Positions 1-9,060 are shown, counted from the stretch's first letter. The stretch is 26,085 nucleotides of DNA from Nitrososphaeria archaeon (GCA_050011875.1 JBEKIG010000021.1:1-26085); one strand, 5' to 3'. A program made the numbers and translations. Notes: a model not told the origin generated them from the letters alone.

Positions 1-117
1 ATGGAAGCTGCAGGCATAGACGTGTATGAGACAGCTAGAGCTAATGGATTCCCGATCAAGGTAGTCAAAGATAAAACATGTGAAGGCAACTATTACAGCC
101 TTATCTTAATAGAATAA
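1..117 (+). CDS. 3' end of a DUF2284-like predicted metal-binding protein (partial, continues left of window)
   Basis: Manual frame-1 translation MEAAGIDVYETARANGFPIKVVKDKTCEGNYYSLILIE*. The MEAxGIDVxxT...G...Y.LIL pattern is the characteristic DUF2284 C-terminus. Confidence 0.75.
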   Translation: MEAAGIDVYETARANGFPIKVVKDKTCEGNYYSLILIE

Positions 118-300
118 GCAGATGCAAACCAATAATGTCACTGTTGTGTTTTGTTTTATAGTAGGATTCGCAGCGGAGCCTTCAGGATTCTGATCATTGG
201 CTCTAATTCTGAGAAACTAATAAATTAGTCTATACTGTAACTGAATGTTGGGGTGTCAAATTTGGTTACTGAAAAAGTAATGCATTTTCACGGATGCCAG

Positions 301-1545
301 ATGGCAACCACTAATTCCGTGAAACAGCACAAACTGAGGAAGCTCATAGCGTGGCTATCAGACAAAGAGGGAAGGGGAATGGAGTTCGTCTCGCTCTACA
401 TACCTCGGGAGAAATCAATAGATGAGATAGTCGCAATCCTCAAAGAGGAGTCTGATTCTGCTGTCATGAAATCTGAGAGCGTTAGGGAACGCCTTCAAGA
501 CGCCCTCAAGAATATAATCCAGCATCTAAAGCTGCAGAAGGAAATTCCAGAGAATGGGCTCGCGATATTTGCTGGAACTTTCGTCGCGAACGATCCGGAA
601 AGCGAAGTTTTGAACGTCGAAGAGGTCATCCCACCAGAGCCGATTACCGCCTATCTTTACGAGGTCGACGACCATTTTCAGTTAGAGCCGCTAAGGGAAA
701 TGCTGAGAGCCCAAAGAGTTGTGGGGCTTATCGCCATGGATTCAAAGGAGGCTAGCTTCGGGATACTAGATGGTGAAAGACTCGAGTTAATTGAAAATAT
801 CACGTCGGGGATTCCAGGGAAGTCTGGGAAGGGCGGGGAGAGCCAGAGGAGGTTCGAGAGAGAACGCGATAGTGAAATCACGTACTATTTCCACAGGGTT
901 GCGGAGCATGCAACAAAGGCATTTCTCGAGAACCATAAAGTTACGGCGTTGATAGTTGGAGGACCGGGACCAACGAAAGAGGATTTCTCAAAGGGTGATT
1001 ACCTTCATTATGAGCTAAAGAATATGCTTCTGGGCATAGTTGACACGCAATCCGCCGGCAGAGAAGGGGTGAGAGAGGCGCTTGACAGATCATCTGAGAC
1101 ACTGAAGAATATATGTGCACCAGAGGAGAAGAGTACTGTGCAGCGCCTTCTGGCAGATATGGGCAAGCAAGACGGTTTGGCTATTTGCGGCCTAGATTCA
1201 GTGTTGAACGCGCTTAAGAAGGGTATCGCGGAAGTTGTACTAGTGACAGATAGTACAGATATGATTGAGATTGTTGTAATGTGCAAAAGATGCGAACTGT
1301 CAAGGGCGAAGATAGTGGATAAGGCGAAGAAGGTTCAAACTGTACAGGAAATGATATCGAGCCCATGCGAGAAGTGCAACGCGGTTGAATACGAGGTGGA
1401 GGAGAAGGACATAATAGACGTCTTAGAGGATGTGGCTTCACAGACAGACGCAAGGGTTGAGGTGATATCTACAGAGTCGGAAGAAAAAGCAAAGCTCACA
1501 GCTTTGGGAGGCTTTGCCGCTCTCTTGAGGTACAGACCTAAATAA
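301..1545 (+). CDS. Archaeal peptide chain release factor 1 (aRF1/eRF1 family) paralog with degenerate catalytic and decoding motifs
   Basis: SLYIP, IPENGLAIFAG, GKSGKGGESQRRFER, LIVGGPGPTKEDF, CxxC...CxxC minidomain and C-terminal LGGFAALLRY. The ORF track starts at GTG 253, but ATG 301 (MATTNSVKQHKLRKLI) fits normal aRF1 length better. Confidence 0.93.
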   Translation: MATTNSVKQHKLRKLIAWLSDKEGRGMEFVSLYIPREKSIDEIVAILKEESDSAVMKSESVRERLQDALKNIIQHLKLQKEIPENGLAIFAGTFVANDPESEVLNVEEVIPPEPITAYLYEVDDHFQLEPLREMLRAQRVVGLIAMDSKEASFGILDGERLELIENITSGIPGKSGKGGESQRRFERERDSEITYYFHRVAEHATKAFLENHKVTALIVGGPGPTKEDFSKGDYLHYELKNMLLGIVDTQSAGREGVREALDRSSETLKNICAPEEKSTVQRLLADMGKQDGLAICGLDSVLNALKKGIAEVVLVTDSTDMIEIVVMCKRCELSRAKIVDKAKKVQTVQEMISSPCEKCNAVEYEVEEKDIIDVLEDVASQTDARVEVISTESEEKAKLTALGGFAALLRYRPK

Positions 1546-1569
1546 AGTGGAATGAAAATCGCGAGAACC

Positions 1570-1577
1570 TTTTTTTT
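1570..1577 (+). terminator. Possible archaeal oligo-T terminator
   Basis: T8 run about 25 nt after the aRF1-like stop codon. Confidence 0.35.
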
Positions 1578-1619
1578 AGGTCATAAATTTTAAATAAGAG
1601 CAAATTTAAAATAGAGTTT

Positions 1620-2045
1620 GTGAAGGATAATTCTCTTATCGGAACATGGAAACTGAAATCGTTTGAATGGAGGGCGTCTGATGGGTCTGTGATCTATCCT
1701 TTTGGAAGAGATGTTCTGGGTTACCTTATCTTTAGCCCAGAAGGGTATTTTTCCGCCACATTATCGGCCGCTAATCGCAAGAAATTTACGTCCCAAGACT
1801 TAATTGGAGGCAGCTTGGAAGAGAAAGCAGGCGCCACAGAATTATACCTTTCGTATTGTGGTCCCTGTGAGATTGAGAAAGATAAGTTTCGAACAAGAGT
1901 GGAAATCAGTCTTATCCCTAACTGGGTCGGCGGGTACCAAGAGCGTTACTACAAGATTGATGGAAAAACGCTCTCAGTACGCTCTACTCCAATGCTTTTT
2001 GGTGGAAAAGAACAAGTAGCTTACCTGATTTTCGAACGCGTCTGA
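1620..2045 (+). CDS. Lipocalin-like domain protein (Lipocalin_5 type)
   Basis: LIGTWKLKSF, G-Y-L-I-F-S-x-x-G, YLSYCG, S..PNWVG..Q.R and L.FER. TATA-like TTTAAATA about 24 nt upstream. Confidence 0.8.
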   Translation: MKDNSLIGTWKLKSFEWRASDGSVIYPFGRDVLGYLIFSPEGYFSATLSAANRKKFTSQDLIGGSLEEKAGATELYLSYCGPCEIEKDKFRTRVEISLIPNWVGGYQERYYKIDGKTLSVRSTPMLFGGKEQVAYLIFERV

Positions 2046-2194
2046 AATTGATTCGAAAGCTGTGATAGCTCAAAGTTCATCCGAAATATATTGTTTCCAC
2101 TTTAAACTTGATAGATGAAGCTCAGGTCGACTTATCAGTTGGAGGAGAACCACAATAATTTAAAATTCCTAACAAAGAAGGTTCTAAGGAATTA

Positions 2195-3010
2195 TCAAGG
2201 GATGGAATAGATACAATATTTATAGTAACATTGCATAAGTTTTCCTAAGATCGTCAACTCATGTTTTCCTGATGAAGCTGATTCTGTTATTCCACGCTTT
2301 TTTAGTTCGCTAAGAAATTCTGTTACTCTAACCTGGTCTTCTGTTGTCTTAGCTTGTGCTATGTTGTACGCTTCTTGGCTTGTGATATTGCCTTTACTAA
2401 CTAAAACATCCCATACTGTCCCATACTTTGAATTTGTTACATAGTTTATGCCCTCCATTACTTCCGGAGAAATCTCACCAATCATCGATTTGCCGAATGC
2501 TCGAATGGTTATTACTGCTTGTTCAAGTTTACTTGTTGCATCTTCACTATTCTTCACCTCCTTTACTGTTATCTTGTCTCGCTCGAAAACTACATCCATC
2601 AATTCTAACTCTCCTTCTATTCCAATCAGTTTCTTAATAAAAGCCAAACCTTGTTCTACGTCGGTCTCTTCCAGTTCAAATATGGCAACCTTTCCCTCAA
2701 GTCGTGGGTCATGAGATAACTTGATGTTCAATTCAGAAAGCCCCTTAGCTATCTGATTCTCTAACTTATTCTTATTTTCAGTGCACTCTTTGATCTGTCT
2801 ACGCTTTTCTTCTAGTTTAGTTCTCATTTCGTCAAAGGATTTAGTAATATCATCTCCCGTTATATCTTCCATTACTTTATACCTTTCAATTGATTTCGTT
2901 GCTACTTGATATTTCGCTTCGAGTTCGTCCAATTCTTTTTTATTTGAAGCTATCGCTTCACCCATTTCATAAAATTCTTGAGCCAGTTTACTAATCTCTG
3001 ACAGATACAT
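2195..3010 (-). CDS. Hypothetical protein: N-terminal coiled coil and probable C-terminal winged helix
   Basis: 271-aa ORF with an E/K-rich heptad N-terminus. The C-terminal VWDVLVSKGNIT...FLSELKKRGITE....HELTILGK resembles a wHTH. Confidence 0.6.
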   Translation of the reverse strand: MYLSEISKLAQEFYEMGEAIASNKKELDELEAKYQVATKSIERYKVMEDITGDDITKSFDEMRTKLEEKRRQIKECTENKNKLENQIAKGLSELNIKLSHDPRLEGKVAIFELEETDVEQGLAFIKKLIGIEGELELMDVVFERDKITVKEVKNSEDATSKLEQAVITIRAFGKSMIGEISPEVMEGINYVTNSKYGTVWDVLVSKGNITSQEAYNIAQAKTTEDQVRVTEFLSELKKRGITESASSGKHELTILGKLMQCYYKYCIYSIP

Positions 3011-3386
3011 CTGACCACTTATTTATGTTAAAGCGTTATATTTTGTACTTGCATATAAAAGAATCTGTTTCATCCATCTGTCATATGCGTTTTAAGCAAC
3101 TTTTGACCTAAGCCCCAAAGGGTATAATGGAGTTTGGGTTAAGGATCCTAGTCTTTTCGGTAAAGTTAGTAGTATTGAAAAGGGGTTAGGACTAAAAGTA
3201 AAAATTCCGGATGAAGAAACACGTATCCCTAAGATTACAATTTTTAACTATGTACATGGATTGAAAAAGCTGACCCAAAGTTTGAAGAGTTGTTAAACGA
3301 ATTGGAATCAATTAGAGGGGAGCCTTCAACTTCCCATTAACCAGGTAATAGTCCCATCAAGCTTCCTCTTTTTCTGTTTAATCTGT

Positions 3387-3974
3387 TCAGGGATTAGCGG
3401 TTACAAATGGCTTTTCAGTCTCAGCATAAATATATTCTATTGTGCCATCTGGTCTAATTAATGCCCAGGGAAAGGAGTCTATCTCCCCTCGCTTTTCAAG
3501 GAGACTGACGTAGATTGTGACAGGTTCGTTCGTATCTTTTGCCTTTTTCTTTGCTTTATCGAATACTGGTTCCTCTTTTTCATCTTCGGCGTTGGCGACT
3601 CCAGCTGCACGGAAACGGGTGTAGTCCGTGGCATATCTCTTCTCCATATCCTTCAGCCAGGCAAATCGAAGGCGTATTTTTAACTTTGGATTTCTGAGAT
3701 CCTCACCGCAATCCGGGCAGAACTTTGCGGAGGCCGGGATCCTGCCCCCGCACCTTGCGCAGATTTTTAGTTCAGTTTTCGTGGCTTGCAGTCTATTTCC
3801 ACAGTAGCCGCAGTAGTTTGACGAACTTGGTACAATAGCCATACATTTCGGGCATGTCATCCAATTCCAATTTCCCCAACCAAACCAAGGTGAATAAAGG
3901 CCGCCCCATGCGAAGTAGGGATAATAAAATGGGCGTTGGACAAACAATATTTTTTCGCCTTTTATAACGCTCAT
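3387..3974 (-). CDS. Double zinc-ribbon (DZR) domain protein
   Basis: CPKC..YCGYCG..CARCG..FCPDCG, an aromatic/Gly-rich N-terminus and an unknown C-terminal domain. Confidence 0.75.
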   Translation of the reverse strand: MSVIKGEKILFVQRPFYYPYFAWGGLYSPWFGWGNWNWMTCPKCMAIVPSSSNYCGYCGNRLQATKTELKICARCGGRIPASAKFCPDCGEDLRNPKLKIRLRFAWLKDMEKRYATDYTRFRAAGVANAEDEKEEPVFDKAKKKAKDTNEPVTIYVSLLEKRGEIDSFPWALIRPDGTIEYIYAETEKPFVTANP

Positions 3975-4237
3975 AGCGCAGTTAAAAATTTTATTGTTCT
4001 GGCTACAAGGAAAGGATTTTCATTCAGATAGAGCTTTTGTTAACCTGAATCCCATCAAATTGAGGCTGATTGAGAATTGTATTTTTTGGATTATTCTTGG
4101 CAGCCTATCTACCTGAATACGGTGTGCAATTGAGATGATGCCAAAAGCGGTCGTTCAAAGCGGGTAGAGTAGAATCACGTCTTACCGGCGAAGACCACAC
4201 GCGCAACTTATAAGCAACCAAGCCGACCATCCGTTGA

Positions 4238-4552
4238 ATGACTATCAACACTGCGCGTGCAGTCAGGATTAATATCGGATACATCGGAGCGCACGCTTCG
4301 CTTCTCGTGGCAACGGTAGGATTGCTCTTCTTGCAACGGTACATCTGGCTCCTGAACATTGCCGAGCGAGGCTATGGACCATATCAAAGCGCCTCCTACT
4401 TGATAGGAGTGTCAGCGGTGATTGTCATAATTGACTTTTTCATATTGAGGTCAGCCCTAAAGGGTTCCCGACGCGACAGAATAATATCGGTACTAGCGCC
4501 TGCCGCGTTTCTTGGCATCGCACTTTTTATTCTCGTTGCCAACAACGCATAA
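4238..4552 (+). CDS. Small hypothetical membrane protein (about 3 TM)
   Basis: Three hydrophobic segments. TTATAA box about 25 nt upstream of the ATG. Confidence 0.55.
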   Translation: MTINTARAVRINIGYIGAHASLLVATVGLLFLQRYIWLLNIAERGYGPYQSASYLIGVSAVIVIIDFFILRSALKGSRRDRIISVLAPAAFLGIALFILVANNA

Positions 4553-4716
4553 TTCGTTCTCTACGAATTGGCGATGCTTCTCGCTTAGACTCGATGACCC
4601 AGATGGTTCATACAGTTCGGATATGATTTCGATCTTGGACTGAAAAGTGAAGCAGCACAAATAAAAAAATGAGCGGGCTTCCTAGCGATAACATCTAGTT
4701 CAAGGTTTAATTGCAC

Positions 4717-4815
4717 CTATTCTTTCTTCTTGATCTTTCTGTACGCTAATATTCCACCGACCGTTAGTCCGCTAACGACCGCTGTCCCTAATACTATCTT
4801 TTGCTTGTTGGTCAT
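4717..4815 (-). CDS. 32-aa single-TM microprotein (not in ORF track)
   Basis: MTNKQKIVLGTAVVSGLTVGGILAYRKIKKKE*. GGTGAG Shine-Dalgarno-like motif just upstream, with an AT-rich TTTTAATA box further upstream. Confidence 0.65.
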   Translation of the reverse strand: MTNKQKIVLGTAVVSGLTVGGILAYRKIKKKE

Positions 4816-4910
4816 TCAACTCACCGATTTCCATATATGGGAGCATACAATATTAAAATTTCCCGAATATTTACGGGATATTTTAACGCAATCCTTTTAT
4901 TAAAGCTGGA

Positions 4911-5435
4911 ATGGATTCAACTGGAATGGTCTCAATCTTCGAGCTGGTTATAGACGTCGCCGTTGGCACTGTCGTTACGGTTCTGATTGAAGAGTTCATA
5001 AGCTCCGTTATCAGGCGCGCGGCAAAGATTGCTGGATCAAGCCCCACCATAATTCGTGATATCGGAGCTGCAATGCGAATCATCGCGATTCTCGTGATCC
5101 TCGCAGAAATTCTCTCATTAACTGACATCGCATCGGAGTTCACAGTCCTCACCATATCTGGAATCGGCGCGCTTGCCGTTTCGCTCGCGTTACAGAATAC
5201 TCTCTCCAACATCATCTCGGGCATTCTCCTCTTATTTGACGGAGTGGTCCACCTGAACGACACAGTGGAGTACGGCAACGTTAAAGGAAGGGTCGTGCGC
5301 CTCGCCTTAAGAAACACTTGGATCAAGATGGACTCGGGCAAAATTGCCGTCATCAGCAATTCCACGCTCTACGGTGGTCCACTCATCAATCACTCCGCTA
5401 CAGCCCGCCTATCAAAAAAATATGCAATCGAATAA
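4911..5435 (+). CDS. mscS: Small-conductance mechanosensitive channel family protein (short form)
   Basis: GIGALAVSLALQNTLSNIISGILLL (TM3 motif), D.V....GRV..L.LRNT.I...G....I.NS beta domain. Confidence 0.88.
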   Translation: MDSTGMVSIFELVIDVAVGTVVTVLIEEFISSVIRRAAKIAGSSPTIIRDIGAAMRIIAILVILAEILSLTDIASEFTVLTISGIGALAVSLALQNTLSNIISGILLLFDGVVHLNDTVEYGNVKGRVVRLALRNTWIKMDSGKIAVISNSTLYGGPLINHSATARLSKKYAIE

Positions 5436-5550
5436 AATCAACGCTGTGAACAAGATCCATCTTATTATTTATTTATATGACTACTCATCTCACCTCTTTT
5501 TTTTAACTTAACGATAGAATAGAACGGAGAGGAGGTTTAATACTGAAAGG

Positions 5551-6546
5551 TCAGATGTGGAAAAGGAACGTTAACAGTACATAAGCGGCAAAGAATACTA
5601 ATCCAAAAGTTAGTCCATACCAAGGTATCTTTTTTCTTGAGATGAAGAAGAGCATGAGCAAGGACACTATTGAAGTTGATAAGACGCAGAGATACACATG
5701 AACGTCTACAATCCAAGCGGTTAGAAAAAGCCCGATTGCAGGGTATAATGTTGAGTAGAGGACTTTTTCTCCTACTAGCGAGCCTATGCTTAGGGTGTCT
5801 TTGCCTCTGAATCCCCAGATTAACGCGCTTGCGGTCTCCGGAACCACCGTTGCCGCTGGAATTATTATGATGGATAGTCCCAACAGGCTGGTTCCTAAGC
5901 CTGTGGCAATTTGGTTTACCAACGATACCAGTTGGCTAGCTCCTATGTAGAGTATAATCACCGAGATAACTAGTTGAATGAAACCTCCGATTTCTTTGCT
6001 CGGAATTATCCTGCAGAAATATGGGTGTTCCGCCTCGATGATTACCTCCAACGACCGCTGCCTGTACATTAAGGCAAGATAGACAAGGTAAGCAGCGAGA
6101 AACGTTATGCCGAAAAGGATTCGCACGTACCTTGCCGATATGAAAGATGGAACAAGCGCCACGGGTAGAAGAATGGTGACAAAAATGAACGGGATCGCTA
6201 GGGTCCTGCTGACTTCTAGATAGTTGCGCGCTCGCTTCTTCAGAAAGAACCCGACTAACGCAAAAACGCCAACTAAGCCGTAAGAAAGGCTTGAGGCCAT
6301 GAACGGCTCACCGAATATTGTTCCTACAGCAATTGCAGTTCCTATCGAACCTCCAGGTCCGAGAATCGCGATCAACAGCACGACAAGTTCGGGAAGTGAT
6401 GTGAAAAGCGGAGACAAGATGGCACCTACAAAAGAACCGCCCACATTAAATCGGTACCCGAGAAACTCGATTGAATTGACATATAGCAATGCTGAAATGA
6501 AGACAAGGATAACGCTTAGCAAAAGGAATAGTAGGGATTCTATCAT
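5551..6546 (-). CDS. Sodium:calcium exchanger (CaCA family) membrane protein
   Basis: Two alpha-repeat-like motifs (LFTSLPEL...GTIFGEP and AATVVPET...GSLVGEK), about 10 TM. Start uncertain (6546, 6555 or 6570). Confidence 0.85.
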   Translation of the reverse strand: MIESLLFLLLSVILVFISALLYVNSIEFLGYRFNVGGSFVGAILSPLFTSLPELVVLLIAILGPGGSIGTAIAVGTIFGEPFMASSLSYGLVGVFALVGFFLKKRARNYLEVSRTLAIPFIFVTILLPVALVPSFISARYVRILFGITFLAAYLVYLALMYRQRSLEVIIEAEHPYFCRIIPSKEIGGFIQLVISVIILYIGASQLVSLVNQIATGLGTSLLGLSIIIIPAATVVPETASALIWGFRGKDTLSIGSLVGEKVLYSTLYPAIGLFLTAWIVDVHVYLCVLSTSIVSLLMLFFISRKKIPWYGLTFGLVFFAAYVLLTFLFHI

Positions 6547-6553
6547 CGTTGAC

Positions 6554-7134
6554 ATGATTGACTTTCTCACATATATTATTTCTTGGGGAGGAATACTAGT
6601 AGCTGTGTTATATTTTCTTTGGTATAGTAAAGGTGTAACAAATCCAGAGACCTACGAACTGATTCAAACCGAAATAGAAGAAGTCGAACTGTCACTTGTT
6701 AATGGGCATGAAAATGCAGTTCTTATAGACTATCAAGAGACGAATAACGAGATAAAAAACAGAGGGCAGGTGACTCTTTTAGTAGGCTCGATCATGATCA
6801 CTAGTTCGTTTTTGATTCTTGCTGCCGGATATTTCATTCCTCCCATGTTTCCATATGCTCTTGTTCCAATTCTACTATTCGTATTATGGTTGCTTATCTT
6901 GCATTGGACAACAAAGAAAATAGATCAATATTTATTTCGTCATGTCAAGACTATCGAATTAGCGCTAAGACGGAGGACACTTTACAGATCCGGCCCTCAT
7001 CAATATATTCTTGATAATACTACTGACAATGGAAAGATTGCTTGTTGGCTTACTCTTAGAAGACTTTTCTCGGGTTTATCCTACTGCTTTTGAGTTGTGT
7101 ATGGGTGCTACTGCCTTTAAATATTTTTAAGTGA
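6554..7134 (+). CDS. Hypothetical membrane protein, probably frameshifted near 7068
   Basis: From ATG 6554: TM, helical linker, then 2 TM. The frame stops at 7093, but an alternative frame continues GFILLLLSCVWVLLPLNIFK* (stop 7132-7134), completing a further TM helix. Confidence 0.5.
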
Positions 7135-7192
7135 TCTTACAAGATCAGAAGATATGAAATAATAATAGGTATCTGCACCTAATTAAGGTCAG

Positions 7193-7258
7193 AAACCACC
7201 GGACCAACACCCAATTCTTCTCTGTTCATTATTTACCAGTAGATTAATGCTGAGATGC
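7193..7258 (+). repeat. Dispersed direct repeat, copy A (no tRNA-like tail)
   Basis: aaaCCACCGGACcaacACCcAATT...cattATTTACCAGTAGATTAaTGCTGAgAT aligns with the copies at about 10255 and 11040. Confidence 0.8.
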
Positions 7259-7593
7259 AAGGAGGGCTCAGTTAGCTGCGAAACTATCTAAGGGCAAAAA
7301 GGGGTTAAGTCCTCTCGGCATCCCATGGCAAGCGTACTACACTAAGCTGCTGACTCAGGGCAGGCCGCTAAATCTTGGAAGGAAAGATAACAGAAAGGTT
7401 TCATCTATTTTCCTGCTGGATGAGCTTAGAAAGATCGACGATTTCTTAAGAAAAATTTCAAAAATGCATGATAATACTCCTTTTAAGGCAAATTTGCCAA
7501 ATATTAAATATGTTAAAAAATCATAGATACCTTTTTGTAAAAAGGTTAACTGATCTACTTGTTCAAGAATAGAAGTATTCACTATATGAAAAT

Positions 7594-8544
7594 TCAAATC
7601 TCAGTAGTTTCGGTCTCGGGCTCAAACTTGTCCACCTTGTAATTGCAGAAGTCGCAACTGTAGACGTTACGATAAGTAATCTCTCTAGTTATTTTTTCAT
7701 CTGTCTTGTGAAGTATTTCAACTTGCATGCGTACATGCTTATTTCTACGGAAAGCAAATTGTCTACTACACTTTGGGCACCGCAATTTTGGTATCTCGAC
7801 ATCAATTACAAATAGTAAACCCCCTATGATGGCTAAGACGGTATATAATATAAGAACCCAATCTGAAGGAACAATGTGGGTACTCCAAATTTGAAACATT
7901 GAATAAGCTAAAGGAACAAAAAAGAGAAAACCGCATATACCGAGAGCTATCTTTTCTTTTCTTAGGGAAACGTCTAACTTTCCATAAGTTCTTTTCGTAT
8001 ACCATCTGCCAACTCCAATGAAGCTCTTCTGAAGTTGACTTTCTGGTTCCTCAGGAATCCCTTCTAATTCAAGTTTTTCCTCAAGCGTTCTTTTCCCTTT
8101 TTTTGCAGACATCTGCTCTCTCTCTTTTTGTGTTGCTCTGTCAGAAACTGGGCCTCTTCTAACCCAGACCTCTCTCGTCTGCACTATTTCGTGAGGCTTA
8201 AGATCACTTTCAGGTATTTCTACGACGATAAACCATTTCCCATTTCTCTTGATAAGTTCTGAATCAAAACTTGGTGGAGGATTGCATCTCTGAGCAATTA
8301 TTTGATGCATCTGATCCGCGTTATACGTATTTGGATCGATTCCTACGATTTTCCCGTCTTCGCTTTTGTCCTCTTTGCCGTAAACTATGAATCCTCCTAA
8401 AGTATTAGCGAAAGCGGAGACATCTTTAGCAAATTCATATTTATCGTTATCGGAGTATAGATGAATTTCACGTTTGAAGTCAAGTTTTGTACTTTCCTCT
8501 TGCTTAAGTAAATCATTGAGTATCTTTAGTCTATTATCCTCCAT
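7594..8544 (-). CDS. Schlafen/AlbA_2 domain protein with 2 TM helices and a C-terminal zinc ribbon
   Basis: EESTKLDFKRE, KDVSAFANTLGGFIVYGKED, IVGID, VVEIPES..KPH, VRRG. Two hydrophobic helices, then CPKC...CDFC. Confidence 0.85.
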   Translation of the reverse strand: MEDNRLKILNDLLKQEESTKLDFKREIHLYSDNDKYEFAKDVSAFANTLGGFIVYGKEDKSEDGKIVGIDPNTYNADQMHQIIAQRCNPPPSFDSELIKRNGKWFIVVEIPESDLKPHEIVQTREVWVRRGPVSDRATQKEREQMSAKKGKRTLEEKLELEGIPEEPESQLQKSFIGVGRWYTKRTYGKLDVSLRKEKIALGICGFLFFVPLAYSMFQIWSTHIVPSDWVLILYTVLAIIGGLLFVIDVEIPKLRCPKCSRQFAFRRNKHVRMQVEILHKTDEKITREITYRNVYSCDFCNYKVDKFEPETETTEI

Positions 8545-8569
8545 AAAACAAGAATTAGGCTATTCGTGC

Positions 8570-8704
8570 TTTAAAGATTTAATATTCTCAACAAATGCCG
8601 CTATCAACAAGCGAACTTAATAATCACCACTGTAACCTTCACTGATACCACAGGTATTTTTTTAAAAGATATAGAAAAAGGTAGTGGGGTGTTAACTTTA
8701 TATA
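8570..8704. promoter_or_regulatory. Divergent archaeal TATA boxes for leaderless transcripts
   Basis: CTTTAAA on the minus strand (8570-8576) lies 26 nt before the Schlafen ATG. TTTATATA (8697-8704) lies 25 nt before ATG 8729. Confidence 0.55.
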
Positions 8705-8728
8705 TAATATTAGTATATATCAAAATAT

Positions 8729-9049
8729 ATGCCATTATCAGATTATCTAATTCCAGGTGAAGAAATCAGATTTCAGAGTGGTTCAGCAATAAGTTTTGGT
8801 GGCAAAAATTATCGAATTTTAATTACTAGCAAAAGGCTTTTGCTTTATGCTGAACGCGGATTTTCATTTCTTAAACGTGATGATGTAGTGTCATTCAAAA
8901 TGGATGAACTTCAAGGAATTAAATATAGGGAGGAAGGTATTATTAATAAAAAGGGTATCTTAGAAATTCATGGTAAAACACTTGTTCAGCTATCTGGACG
9001 TGCAGCAGAAACTAAGGCTTTGTATCAGCAATTATTACAATTCCTTTAG
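8729..9049 (+). CDS. Bacterial-type PH (bPH) domain protein
   Basis: LIPGEEI...ILITSKRLLLY...G...DVVSFKMDELQGIKYREEGI....LEI, a typical bPH pattern. Confidence 0.75.
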   Translation: MPLSDYLIPGEEIRFQSGSAISFGGKNYRILITSKRLLLYAERGFSFLKRDDVVSFKMDELQGIKYREEGIINKKGILEIHGKTLVQLSGRAAETKALYQQLLQFL

Positions 9050-9060
9050 GCGTTTTTAAA

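Noticed and set aside
3745-3754. CCCCCGCACC resembling the tRNA-Leu tail
   Set aside because: It lies within the RCGG codons of the zinc-ribbon gene and lacks the repeat arm, so it is coincidental.
7221-7247. Plus-strand reading of the repeat as HYLPVD*/NNLPVD*/HYLPAE* (possible integrase catalytic HY C-terminus)
   Set aside because: Upstream frames close within about 30 codons and show no recombinase motifs. The minus-strand reading is better supported, though this reading is not fully excluded.
7254-7526. Start-less plus-strand open frame (DARRAQLAAKLSKGKKGLSPLGIPW...) after repeat A
   Set aside because: No start codon and no recognisable family, so it cannot be supported as an integrase remnant.
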